64,000 nucleotides of DNA. Origin: Amoebidium appalachense. Its lineage: Eukaryota > Protista > Ichthyosporea. The position numbers were made by a program, and so were the translations under genes. The notes under the pieces are model-generated. The model was not told the DNA's origin and did no database searches. It saw only the letters and a program-made list of their open reading frames with translations. The stretch is from positions 6,334,830 through 6,398,829 of the forward strand of contig CAVNZM010000008.1 of the NCBI GenBank assembly GCA_963693365.1, in the 5' to 3' direction. Positions 43,292-64,000 of the stretch are shown in pieces; position 1 is the first letter of the stretch, and each line of letters starts with the position of its first letter.

Positions 43292-44204
43292 GCCCCCCCC
43301 CCCCCCCCACCCTCTTTGCAACAGACACACACAGGCGCACGAGTTCAAAGCATTCCATTCCCCACCCGGCTTCCTTTTTACTAGTCCCGGGAAAATAATC
43401 CTGTCCGCAAAATTGTCTTTGACCGCTTTCCCCTCTGCCCGCCCCGCTGCCGACTTCAAAGGCACCTTTGTTCCTTTAAACAAGCAAGATCTACTGTGTT
43501 TTTTGAATTTATGCTTCTTTAACCTATCACACGTCCAACTTCTTGGTGTTTATGTGCTTGCATTTAGGACACTTGAGCCCCCAAGTAGCAAGAAAAAGAC
43601 TCACCAACGCAAAACATGCCCTGTGCCGCTGTTGTACCCATTTTTATACTTAACGGTGGTAGAACACCAGTACACAGCAGCCCAGCCTTTCCCTCCCCAC
43701 CATCGTATTTGCACTCCAGCCTTGCACCTTTTCCATCCCTTGCAAAGAAAAATATTTGTTGTAGACATGCGCACTTACAAGCATACACACAAAGACATAT
43801 ATAACACACTACAAGTAACATATTGCAAACATGCAAGTGCCCACACACAAAACACACCCACACACACGCGCGCTTGCGCGCACACACACACGTACACATT
43901 TTACAAACACAGACACAGAGAGTGAGAAAGAGGGAAGGGGAGAAGAGTGCGGGAGAGAGATTGAGGGGGAATGGGAGAGAGTGGGAGAATAGGGGAAAAG
44001 GGAGAGGGGGAGATTACAGGCAGAAGGAGAACGGCGGAAAGGGAGGGGGGGGCGGGGTGGGGAGAGGGAGGGAGAGAGGGAGTGGAAGGATGAGAGGGAG
44101 AGAAAAGGAAAAAGCGAGAGGGAAGGGAGTGGGGCGGGGAGCCAGTGGGGAGAATAGTGATGTTTACAGGGCGGGAAGGTGGAGTAGGCATGAACAGGCA
44201 TGCA

Positions 44205-44243
<39 letters not shown>

Positions 44244-44289
44244 GCACTCACTCACTCACTCACTCACTCACTCAACTCACGCACACAGA

Positions 44290-44320
<31 letters not shown>

Positions 44321-44372
44321 GCACACACTCACTCACTCACTCACTCACTCACTCACTCAACTCACGCACACA

Positions 44373-44441
<69 letters not shown>

Positions 44442-44601
44442 CGTGCATGCGCGCTCACCTTGCCTATCTTTCCCTCTCCCACTGTAGAAGCTGCCAGAAC
44501 CGCCATTCCTCCAACCACCCACCCTGGCCCGAAGACTTACTGATAGCTGTTTTTTCGCAGAATTCACAACCACCTGCCATATTAGGCAACAGGATAGGGA
44601 A

Positions 44602-54034
<9,433 letters not shown>

Positions 54035-54463
54035 TGTGTCCGATAGATGCAACATTTTTGTATCGGCATGAAAATCTAAGTCAAAACCTATCACACCCTC
54101 GTTTCGTCTTTTTTTTCTCTGTCGCATAATGCCGATTGTAGAACGAGGTTCTGCTATGTACATAGTAGAGAGACCACAGCGATTCAGGAAAAAAATCTGC
54201 AGCTTTATGTGTTTTTTACCGTTTAGTTATGTACGTTGCATACATGAACGGACCTGGCAAATGCAATAAATATGTTACCTTGCGGCGTGCTTGAAAGCCG
54301 AATCAATTTATGTACCCTTTTTCTCTTTTTTCTTGTTGTGGGGGGCAAAATATTTTCAATTCTTGTTAGGGCCCCATTTTTTTTATTCATAGTGTAAGTG
54401 GGTGGGTGGGTGGGTAGCTGGTAGTGGTGGTGCGGGGGTGGAGGGTGGAGGGTGGGGAGGGGA

Positions 54464-54497
<34 letters not shown>

Positions 54498-55422
54498 TCA
54501 TGGTGATGGTTGTTTGCCCCAGGTGGGCACCTTTCGGGCTTTCCTTCTTTTTTTTTTTTTTTTTTTTTTTTTTTTGAACCGATCTGCAGCTGCCGGATTT
54601 GGATCCGGAACCGGAGTGCTGCACATACATAACATGATGCAGACGTGAAGTAAATGCCACTGTGTAAAGCTCGGCTTTTAGGGCGGGGTTTACAACCCCC
54701 CCACCCCACACCCCGCCTCCTCCTCCTCCCCGGGGCCACAACTCAAGGTGACGTAGCCACCACGGTGGCCACCACCAGTCACCCACGTGGACGCATATTG
54801 GTATTACATACAAACACACACACAGAGGCTGAGACTGAGATCTCGTGAGAGAGGTAGGGGGCGGGAGAGAGAGAGACGGCGAGTCTCAGCTATAGAGAGG
54901 GACAGAGAAATAGAGAGCCTGAGAGGGCTTGCGTACGCGTGTGTGGGACTGTTCGTGTGCGTGCACACGCGCGCACACCGTTGAAATGCGTGTGGGTTCA
55001 AGTGTGTGTGCACGTGTGTCACGTACGTTTCTAAGTCATGGCGTGCCTGTGTGTGTGTGTATGGACCTGTGTGTGTGTGTGTGTACACGTGTGTGTGTGT
55101 GTTCGTGTATTAGAGGCGCCGAGTGGAGGCCAGAAGCTGAGGCGGAAAGCGGAAGGTGCCACCCGTTGAACACGTGTGTGCACGTGTGTGTTTGTGTGTG
55201 CTTGCGTGTGTGAGCGTGTGTGCCAAGTGTGCGTGCGTGTGTGTTTATGTGTGAGTGCGACCGTCGACGTCGGCATTCGATGATGTGTGTAATGATAAGC
55301 ACGGTATGTGCACGTGTGTTTGAGCCTGTGTGATAACACGTGTGTGTGTGTGAACATGTGTGCCACAGGCTGTGTGTGTGTGTGTGTCCGTGTGTGACAC
55401 TGTGTGTAACACTGTGTGGGCG

Positions 55423-55462
<40 letters not shown>

Positions 55463-55603
55463 AGAGGTGCAGTGGCACGGCCCTCTTGTGCCGGGGATAT
55501 TGGCTACTAAAATGTAAGGGTGTTACTAAAATAGAAAGCTAAAAATAGAATTTTCGAGACGGCCGTGGCAGGGGGCGGAGGCCGGAGCCTGCAGGGAGGA
55601 GGC

Positions 55604-55661
<58 letters not shown>

Positions 55662-55692
55662 TTGATTGCCGCGCTGTGACGTAGATATACAT

Positions 55693-55879
55693 GGGGTTTA
55701 CGCTGTTTACTCGAGGCAAAGAGAGACCAGTCTCAGGTATGGGGGGTTTTTATATCATGATAACGTACATAGATGTCGGGTGATGACTATATATCAGGGT
55801 TTACTTTCTCTTAGACTACGAGACACCATAAAGACGAAGAAAAATCAATTAGTTGGGGTTCCCCGTTTTTTTTTTTTTT

Positions 55880-55936
<57 letters not shown>

Positions 55937-55964
55937 CTCCCCTGGGACACTCGGTATCAGCTGG

Positions 55965-56037
<73 letters not shown>

Positions 56038-57465
56038 CGCTATATTTTTGTAGTGACGTGTTTCTCAAGCCAATCAATACATCTAATAAACAGGTCGTAG
56101 TTCCGCGTGTTTAGTAGAAGATCAAGGATGTTGTAATTTACAGGTAGGCTATCTTTCTGGGTGTCTGTTGTGAATGTGACGTGTGTGTGTTGCGGTATTA
56201 TGTGGTCTATCAAACTACATTTGGCGATACATGACCGTTTAAACTGGTGTGTACGGTGTGTGTGTTGTTTGGGCATGCAAACGATGCCACCTTATACTTA
56301 TTAGATCTCCACTGTATAGCACGTGTACAGTAAAAGCGTGGTACTGATCAATAATACCGGGCCATCAGCTAGAGAAAGACCAGTTCTAGATCTACAGGAA
56401 GGTAATATGTATTTAGGTGTCATACATTTGCGAGTTCCATATTTGGCAATATGGTTAAGGCGGTCATTATATATAAAACGAGACATAAGGCTTGGTTTTT
56501 CTAAGTGTCTGCTTTCATCGGGTCTAGTGTCGTGTGGTATCTTTTTCCATTTGTACATGTTATATTGCGCGATTATCTTGTGATTGTGTACATGTTTAAT
56601 AAGTAAGTGGCAGTCCAAGCTTTTAAGTCACACGCACACTTTTGCGGGGTTTATTTGTATTTGTGCCCGGCCCAGGGAGAAGGAGAGAGAGGGGGAAGGA
56701 AAGAGGGGAGAGGTGAGGAGGGGACAGGTCGGATAGAGAAGAGAGGGTGGGAGGGCAAATACTTCTTCAAGCGGCTTATGTGCTTATTGAATTTCAGCGC
56801 GAGATGGGATACTCTAGCAGCTATTGGGACCAGACCATATATTGAGAGCGTTACAGGCCCAGGTTTACAACAGTTGTTAGATAGAAAGGAGGCAACTTCT
56901 GCTTCAAGGAAATTTGCCAAGGGTTTAAGCACTCTAGTTCTCTCTTTCTTGATCCAAGCGGCGAGAAGGGGTAAACCATATTCACATGCCGGGAAGACAA
57001 AAGTGCGAATAAATGTATGTCTAATAGAAGGATGGAGGGGTGTGTCTTTAAGATTATTAACCGAGAAGAAAGCTAACCGCTTACGAGCCAACTCTACCCT
57101 CTTTTCGACCATATGGGAAAACATAACACCAACAGAATTAACCGGAACACCAAGATATTTGTATTCTGGAACTATAGGTACAGGTTTAGATGATAATGTA
57201 AATGTGTGTAAATTGTTAGCTATATCAGCCTGAGGTACAAGAACACCACATTTGTCTATGTTAAGGATCATAAGGTTTGCCTTGCACCACTCTGACACTA
57301 CATCGAACAATCTTTGCAGGCGTCTAGGGGTACGGGCAAGGAGGGACAGATCATCAGCATAGAGAAGTGCCGCAGGCGGAAATTTATTAATAGGGTCATG
57401 GGGGCAGGGTGGCCACAGACCTGGCCCCCCACATACATGCACTAACTCATCAGGAATTGCCCGGG
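55693..57465 (-). mobile_element. 5'-truncated non-LTR (LINE-like) retroelement, copy 1: RT C-terminal half, Cys/His tail and 3' UTR
   Basis: LLYADDLSLL, LQRLFDVVSEWC, LNIDKC, YKYLGV and TFVFPACEYG in ORF 56651-57514. Coding-like sequence continues through frameshifts to about 56040 (YILPSCR, AIQWRSN..CPNNTH, RSCIAKC, NILDLLLN). The 3' end is defined by similarity to copy 2. Confidence 0.85.
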
Positions 57466-57619
57466 GGCATTGGTATGCCGGGGGGAGGGGGGGTGCTAAT
57501 GGTGAATGCCTCATGATACCCGGAGGTACCCCAAACTAACCCCGTGCAGCACCGATGTGATAAAGGAGGTGAAATGTTAAGTGGCACTCCGGTGAATAAG
57601 GATGCATCCGCTCGTGATG

Positions 57620-60089
57620 TCCTCAGACATGTCACGTCCTCAGACATGTCACTCAACTAAGGCAGTTTTTAGGTTTAACTAAATATCTTCGTCGTTATAT
57701 TAAAGATTATAGTACAGTGATTGCCGTTAATTAGCCAGACAGGGGGGGAGAAGAAGAATAGAATAGATTGGAATGATGATGCTGTTTCTGCTTTCGAAAA
57801 GCCTAAGTTAGCTTTGCAGTCTTCGAGTATGCTTGCTCATCCTGATTTTTCGGCCGGGGGGGGGGGGGGGGGGGGGGGGGATGTTTAAAGTTCGATGTGA
57901 TGCAAGTAACGGTGCTGAGGGGGCAGTGTTATATCAAGTGCAGATTGAATGATTGCTTATGCTAGTCGTTCGTTTAGTAAAAGTGAACGTAGATATAGCA
58001 ATCCGGGGTCAGAGAGAGTCCCATGCAATCTTTTGGGCAGTCTCACAGGTATGGAGGTATATTCTCGCAGGCAGGACGTTCGAGGTCTACACCGACCACA
58101 AGCCCTGCCTAGCCATGGCCGGCACCACTCCTCTGGTCAACGAGAGGATGCAGAAGTGGGCCGCGGCTCTCGGTGAGTTCTCCTATAAATTGTTTTATGC
58201 CAAGGGTGAAACAATGGTTGACTGTGATGCTCTCTCTCGTGCTGCTTATATTTTGTTTGAAAAAGAGAAGGAGGGGGAAGGGGGGCTCGTGAGAGACGGG
58301 GGGGGGGAGGGGGGAAGGGGGGGGACTCGGAGAGCGAGCAGAAAGGAATAGATGCTGTGTATGTTGATGTGTCTTCTTGGGCTCCGGGGTTGCTTGCTTA
58401 TAAGTGTCGGGCAGGGGGGGGGGGAGGTATTTTATTCGGTGTCTGAGGTCGGGACCAAGTCTCATGGCTGGGCCCCTGCCTTAGCACCTACGGCTTTGAT
58501 CTTAGCTCAGGAAGAAGATGTGTTGATTGGTCTGGTTAAGAATTATTTAAAGGGGCCGGTTGATCCGATTAAATTTAAAAATAAAAGGCAGATGGTTAAG
58601 GTAGCTAAGTTTGAAAAAATGTGTCAGGTAGAGCAGGATTTAGTTTATCATTGTTCTGGGTCAGACGGACACGGAGTTTGGGTCCCGACGGCACTGGTGC
58701 CCGAGGTTTTGCATATGGTGCATGAGCATCCCATGGCTGGTCATTTAGGTGTAAATAGGACTTTGCTTCGTGTTAATCGTTCGTATTTTTGGCCTGGTAT
58801 GAGTAGGGAGGTGAGGGATTATGTGTTGTCATGCATGCGTTGTCAGGAAAGGAATGAGAGTCCCCACTCTCGTTCCCGCCCGTCGTTTAAGAGGGGTTTT
58901 TATTGTTCGCATGTTTAAACGGGTAGCAGTAGATGTGGTTGGTCCATTAAATTCTACGGTTGAGGGTAACACTGTTCTCGTTACCGTAACCGATGTGGCC
59001 ACTCGTTGGGTTGAAGTGTTTGCTCTCCTCACTGCTAATGCCGTTTTGTTTGCTCGTATTTTCGTGGATCAAATTTGTTCTTAGGTTTGATTGTCCTCGT
59101 GTTTTGTTAACGGATAGGAGTAGTGTGTTTTTTAATCAGTTGGTTTTGGAGGTTTGTAAAATTTTAAGGGTAGCCCATATCACTACGTCTGCATATCATC
59201 CTCAAGCAAATGCCATCTCTGAACGTGTGCATGCAGTGTTTCAGAAGTCCTTTGGCAAAATCGTTGATGTGGAGGCTAATGATTGGGATCATATGTCTCG
59301 GTTTATTGCTCATTCGTATAATTCTACCCCTCATGCTGTGACTGGTTTCTCTCCGTTTTATTTGGTCTATGGGCAGGAGGCTGTTAGTCTGCTATAGATA
59401 CGGCACTTTTGCCGATGGTGGGGACTGACAGACTAACTTATCCCCACTGGACTGAGTTCCGGGAGCAGCTACTAACCCGGTTCCAGGCTGCACGTGATGC
59501 AGCTCTGGCCCGTACACAGCAGGCACAGGCACGTGCAGACGTGTCCGCACATCCGTTACGTGAATTTGCCGAGGGTACTTTAGTTTTAATTAGGGATCAT
59601 ACTAGGAAAAAGAGATATAGACAGGAGCAGTAAGCTAAGGGTGAAGGTGAAGGTCTTCGTAAGTATGGTAAGAAGTGGTTGTCTATTTTCATTGGTCTAT
59701 ATAAAGTAGTCGCTAGGTTAGGTCCGACGGAATATAAGGTGCAGAGGTTAGATAATGAGAGTGATGTTAGGTATTATAATGTAGATGATATAAAGGAATA
59801 TTATGATAGGGCCCTTAGGGTAAAACGGTCGGAGGGCCGTCGAGTGTTAGATGCCACCCCCGACTATAACGGGTCGGTGGACGTATCGGAGGCTGCCGTA
59901 GATAAAATTCTTGATAAAAAGGTTATAGAAGGTAAGGAAGGTAAGGTAAATCATTGTTTAATTCGTTTTGAGGGAGGTTATCATGAGGATCAGTGGTTGC
60001 CTGAGTTTCATTTGGATTGCCTATTTTCTATTCGTGCTTTTGAGGCTAGGTTAGTGCAGAGGGAGATTCTGTCATCTACACATGGATAA
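57620..60089 (+). mobile_element. Degenerate Ty3/Gypsy chromovirus-like pol remnant (RT thumb, RNase H, integrase, chromodomain)
   Basis: QLRQFLGL..YLRRYI; RNase H CDAS..GAVLYQ, IAYASR, FEVYTDH; integrase HEHPMAGHLG..CMRC, AVDVVGP, LTDRSS, SAYHPQANAISER; GPY/F-like GLYKVV; chromodomain VDKILDKK...LIRFEG...DQWLPEFHLDC. Several stops and frameshifts; no LTR recognised. Confidence 0.92.
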
Positions 60090-61055
60090 CGGCAAGAACT
60101 TAGAAGTTGAGTTGCATATGTTCATTAGTTCAAGTTGTTCGTTTCCTTTTCCCTTTTTTCCTTTCTTTCTATCCCGTTTCCGTGTGCACAGATATCGTTG
60201 ATCTGTGTACACACCGAGCCACTTGGCCCACGTACGTGTAATGTGTTTGCGTCTTTTACCCCTCTCCAATACTAATTCGATTTACATGGTGCGTACGTGT
60301 CCGATAGTTGTCCAATCAGATCTCGTTTAATTTCCCCAAATATAGAAACCTACATTCCTCCTTTATTCCACTCGATCATCCCATTCCATTCCTTTCTATC
60401 CTCATTCCTTTTCCTGCTTTTCCCACAACGTAGAATTGCTCTATGTTCCCCAGCTATTAGGAATACTTATATTTAGACGTGTTTATATTAGGAACATGGC
60501 TTATTAAACATGTACACAATCACAAGATAATCACGCAATATAACGAATGGAAAAAGATACCACACGACACTGTCGGACCCGATGAAAGCAGACACCTTGA
60601 AAAACTAAGCCTTATGTCTCGTTTTATATATATACTGACCGCCTCAACCATATTGCCAAATATGGCACTCGCAAATGTATAACACCTAAATACATATTAC
60701 CTTCCTGTAGAACTGGCCCTTCTCTAGCTGATGGTATTATTGATCAATTACCACGCTTTTACTGTACACGTGCTATACAGTGGAGATCTAATAAGTATAA
60801 GGTGGCATCGTTTGCATGCCCAAACAACACACACACACAGCAGTACTGAAACGGTCATGTATCGCCAAATGTAGTTTGATAGACCACATAATACCGCAAC
60901 ACACACACGTAACATTCACAACAGACACCCAGAAAGATAGCCTACCTGTAAATTACAACATCCTTGATTTTATACTAAACACGCGTAACTACGACCTGTT
61001 TATTAGATGTATTGATTGGCTTGAGAAACACATCACTACAAATCTAAGCGCACGC

Positions 61056-61163
<108 letters not shown>

Positions 61164-61335
61164 GACACACACACACACACACAACCAGCTGATACCGAGT
61201 GCCCCAGGGGTTCCCAAAAAAAAAAAAACAAAAAAAAAAACGGGGAACCCCAACTAATTGATTTCTCTTAGTCTTTATGGTGTCTCGTAGAGAAAGTAAA
61301 CCCTGATATATAGTTATCACCCGACATCTATGTAC

Positions 61336-62053
61336 TGTAAACATGGTTGTGTATATTGTCGGACAGACTACGGGAGTCGCGCCCTGTAGTTAGTCGCGCT
61401 TACTGACCAATCAAAATGGTTGGTCGGGAAGCAGCGGCGTTGTCCCACAATCGCACGGCGAGCTGTCCCCTATAAAAGGCGGCAGTATCAGCCAGATCCA
61501 ATCAGTTGGGAACATGCCTGGACTCGAATCGATGAGTGCCGAGGATAAGATCCCATCTCAAGATTGATCAGATCCCATACTGTAAAAGCAATCTGCGCTG
61601 CCGCTATGATACACAACCAAATTTACATTGGCGACCGCGGCAGGACCCAAGGGGGTTGTTGGTCGGATGGCCACGCCTGTACAACCTTAGGTGGAGCCGT
61701 TCGCGGGCTGCTACGACCTGCCGGTGGGGTGTAGCGCGCGACTCCCCAACGGGAGGGGAGATGTAAACATGGTTGTGTATATTGTCGGACAGACTACGGG
61801 AGTCGCGCCCTGTAGTTAGTCGCGCTTACTGACCAATCAAAATGGTTGGTCGGGAAGCAGCGGCGTTGTCCCACAATCGCACGGCGAGCTGTCCCCTATA
61901 AAAGGCGGCAGTATCAGCCAGATCCAATCAGTTGGGAACATGCCTGGACTCGAATCGATGAGTGCCGAGGATAAGATCCCATCTCAAGATTGATCAGATC
62001 CCATACTGTAAAAGCAATCTGCGCTGCCGCTATGATACACAACCAAATTTACA
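61336..62053 (+). mobile_element. TRIM (non-autonomous miniature LTR retrotransposon), 718 bp, intact
   Basis: Identical 292-bp LTRs at 61336-61627 and 61762-62053 (TG...CA). PBS TGGCGACCGCGGCAGGAC at 61629-61646. PPT GGGAGGGGAGA at 61751-61761. GTAC target duplication at 61332-61335 and 62054-62057. The empty site is visible in the paralogous arm near 55765. Confidence 0.96.
61629..61646 (+). promoter_or_regulatory. Primer-binding site complementary to a tRNA 3' end, probably tRNA-Arg(UCG)
   Basis: The reverse complement GTCCTGCCGCGGTCG-CCA matches the 3' end of a eukaryotic tRNA-Arg(UCG) as recalled. It lies 1 nt after the 5' LTR. Confidence 0.8.
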
Positions 62054-62429
62054 GTACGTGATCATGATATACCGCTGAGGGGATATTCCGAGCAAAAACC
62101 GCCCATACCTGAGACTGGTCTCTCTTTGCCTCGAGTAAACAGCGTAAACCCCTAATAGTATAACTATACCTGAAGATATTTATGTACACACGCACATGTA
62201 ACACGTCTCTGCCTGAGTGTGTGGATCCGTGTGCACACATATTAATATTCTAATCGATATTGCAACACACGATTAAAGCCGATATAACACGATTACAAGT
62301 ATACAAGCATATCGGAGATTGATGCCACTCTTTTCGTACAAGGAGTGTAGCTATTACACTAAGTACATGAACTAAAACATAACATAAACTTAAAAGATCT
62401 TACCTAATGTAGATACTACGTACTACAAC

Positions 62430-63110
62430 AGCCGGTGTGGGCTGCCTGCTGGGGCTGCAGCCTGAGGCTGGTGCTGCTGGCTTGGTGGCTCCTGTTGGTG
62501 CTGTCGGCTGGGTGGCCCGTGCTGGGCCGGCCGGCCGGGGCTGCAATCAGCTGCTGCGGCTGGGTGGCCCGTGCTGGGCCGGCCGGCCGGGGCTGCAATC
62601 TGCTGCTGCAGGCAGCCGCTGCAGTGTGGATTTGGTCGGTTGCTGCTGGCTGGGTTACCCTGGCAGGGCATGCAGGCTGGGTGCCCCCTGCTGTGGCTGC
62701 CTGCTGGGGCTGCAGCCTGAGGCTGCTGATGCTGGCTGGGTGGCTCCTGTTGGTGCTGTCGGCTGGGTGGCCCGTGCTGGGCCTGCCGGCCGGAGCTGCA
62801 CGCCGCCGCTGCAGGCGGCTGCTGCAGTGTGGGTGTGGTCGGTTGTTGCTGGCTGGGTGGCCCTGGCAGGGCCTGCAGGCTGGGTGACCCCTCAGGCTGC
62901 TGTGGCTGCCGTTGTGTGCTGTCTGCTGGGACTGCAGCCTGAAGCTGCTGCTGCCAGCTGGGTGGCTCCTGCTGGTGCTGTCGGCTGGGTGACCTGTGCT
63001 GGGCCTGCTGGCCGGGGCTACACTCCGCTACTGCAGGCAGCTGCTGCAGTGTGGGTGTGGTCGCTTGCTGCTGGCCGGGTGGCCCTGGCAGGGCCTGCAG
63101 GCTGGGTGCA
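62430..63110. repeat. GC-rich compound minisatellite (about three 220-256 bp units built from GCTG/GGGTGGC subunits)
   Basis: GGTGGCTCCTG.TGGTGCTGTCGGCTGGGTG recurs at about 62484, 62739 and 62961. Reading frames are open on both strands. Confidence 0.8.
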
Positions 63111-63147
63111 CGTACATAGCCCCTGCAGGCTGTGCCACATCCCGAGC

Positions 63148-63328
63148 GGATAGCGTCGTGTAAAAGAAGAGCATGAGTATAGCACGAATAAGCATGCCGA
63201 AACTCGCCCTGGATGTTGCTTAATCGAAATACATTGGATAGTGTCGTGTAAAAGAAGAGCATGAGTATAGCACGAATAAGCATGCCGAAACCCGCCCTGA
63301 TTGTTGCTTAATATTCGAAATACATCGG
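63148..63328. repeat. 88-bp tandem duplication
   Basis: GGATAG.GTCGTGTAAAAGAAGAGCATGAG... starts at 63148 and 63236. Confidence 0.9.
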
Positions 63329-63518
63329 AAAAAAGCCTTCGGCTCTCCCCCCAAGCTGTTCAACTAGGGGGAGCAGTCCAACCGAGGGCGGAGGCCTGCA
63401 TCTGATTGGCTCTATAACAGAGCTTTTGCTTGACGGCAAGCGTTTTCTATTAGCCAATCATTTGTTGCTTTCAGGGCTAATTTTTATGTACTCTTTTGGC
63501 ACGGCTTTTTTCCTTTTG

Positions 63519-63585
<67 letters not shown>

Positions 63586-63598
63586 TGTGTGCGTGCGT

Positions 63599-63702
<104 letters not shown>

Positions 63703-64000
63703 TGTGTAGCAATAGAAAGTTGTGCTGTCCAGGCTGAGAGCTCGCCCATGAGCGCTTGTTATGTGCCAGACTGAGCTAGCGAAAGGGACACCTGTGTCGC
63801 AACCTGTACATATACGTACTGAGTCAGTCTGAGTGACATTCATTTGTTGATCGGATTCCAATGCAACGGTTACAATAGCCTTTTTTGTGTTCAAACTGGC
63901 GCATTTTGATTGACCAAAGGCTTCGATGGTAATCATAATCACGGTGACGTGATTGGTAAATGTGACTCTACTCTTGAGACGCATGATTTATAGCCAATAC

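Noticed and set aside
56607-57233. 208-aa plus-strand ORF, and similar ORFs opposite the ZnF gene
   Set aside because: They are antisense shadows of real coding frames.
61336-61627. TRIM LTRs as the LTRs of the adjacent Gypsy remnant
   Set aside because: The TRIM has its own TSD inside the LINE arm and identical LTRs, whereas the Gypsy pol is heavily decayed.
63148-63328. Hammerhead-like GAAGA-GCATG..CATGC-CGAAAC in the 88-bp tandem
   Set aside because: C3U4 of the core is missing, stem II is out of register and there is no stem III or NUH site.

Overview
Eukaryotic genomic DNA, extremely rich in (CA)n/(GA)n microsatellites and long G/C homopolymers, so almost all short ORFs in the track are artefacts. 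Four genes can be built with in-phase GT-AG introns: an IQ-Sec7-PH ARF-GEF of IQSEC/BRAG type (minus, runs off the left edge), a COA7-like Sel1-repeat protein (minus, 3 exons), an intronless 1162-aa protein with 8 C2H2 fingers (minus) and a taxilin-family coiled-coil protein (plus, 11 exons). The gene set suggests a unicellular holozoan or similar opisthokont (inference only). Mobile DNA comprises a truncated DIRS/Ngaro-type retroelement, a decayed chromodomain Ty3/Gypsy element between two inverted copies of a non-LTR retroelement, and an intact 718-bp TRIM with identical LTRs, a tRNA-Arg PBS, a PPT and a GTAC TSD. The most unusual observations are an intron-resident repeat family always sense to its host gene, a structured LTR-like element in a poly-G tract, (CA)n-CAG splice acceptors, homopolymer expansion inside dead elements and a decayed array carrying a conserved TGATTGTGGGA motif. 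All identifications are by eye, from motif knowledge; no database searches were run.
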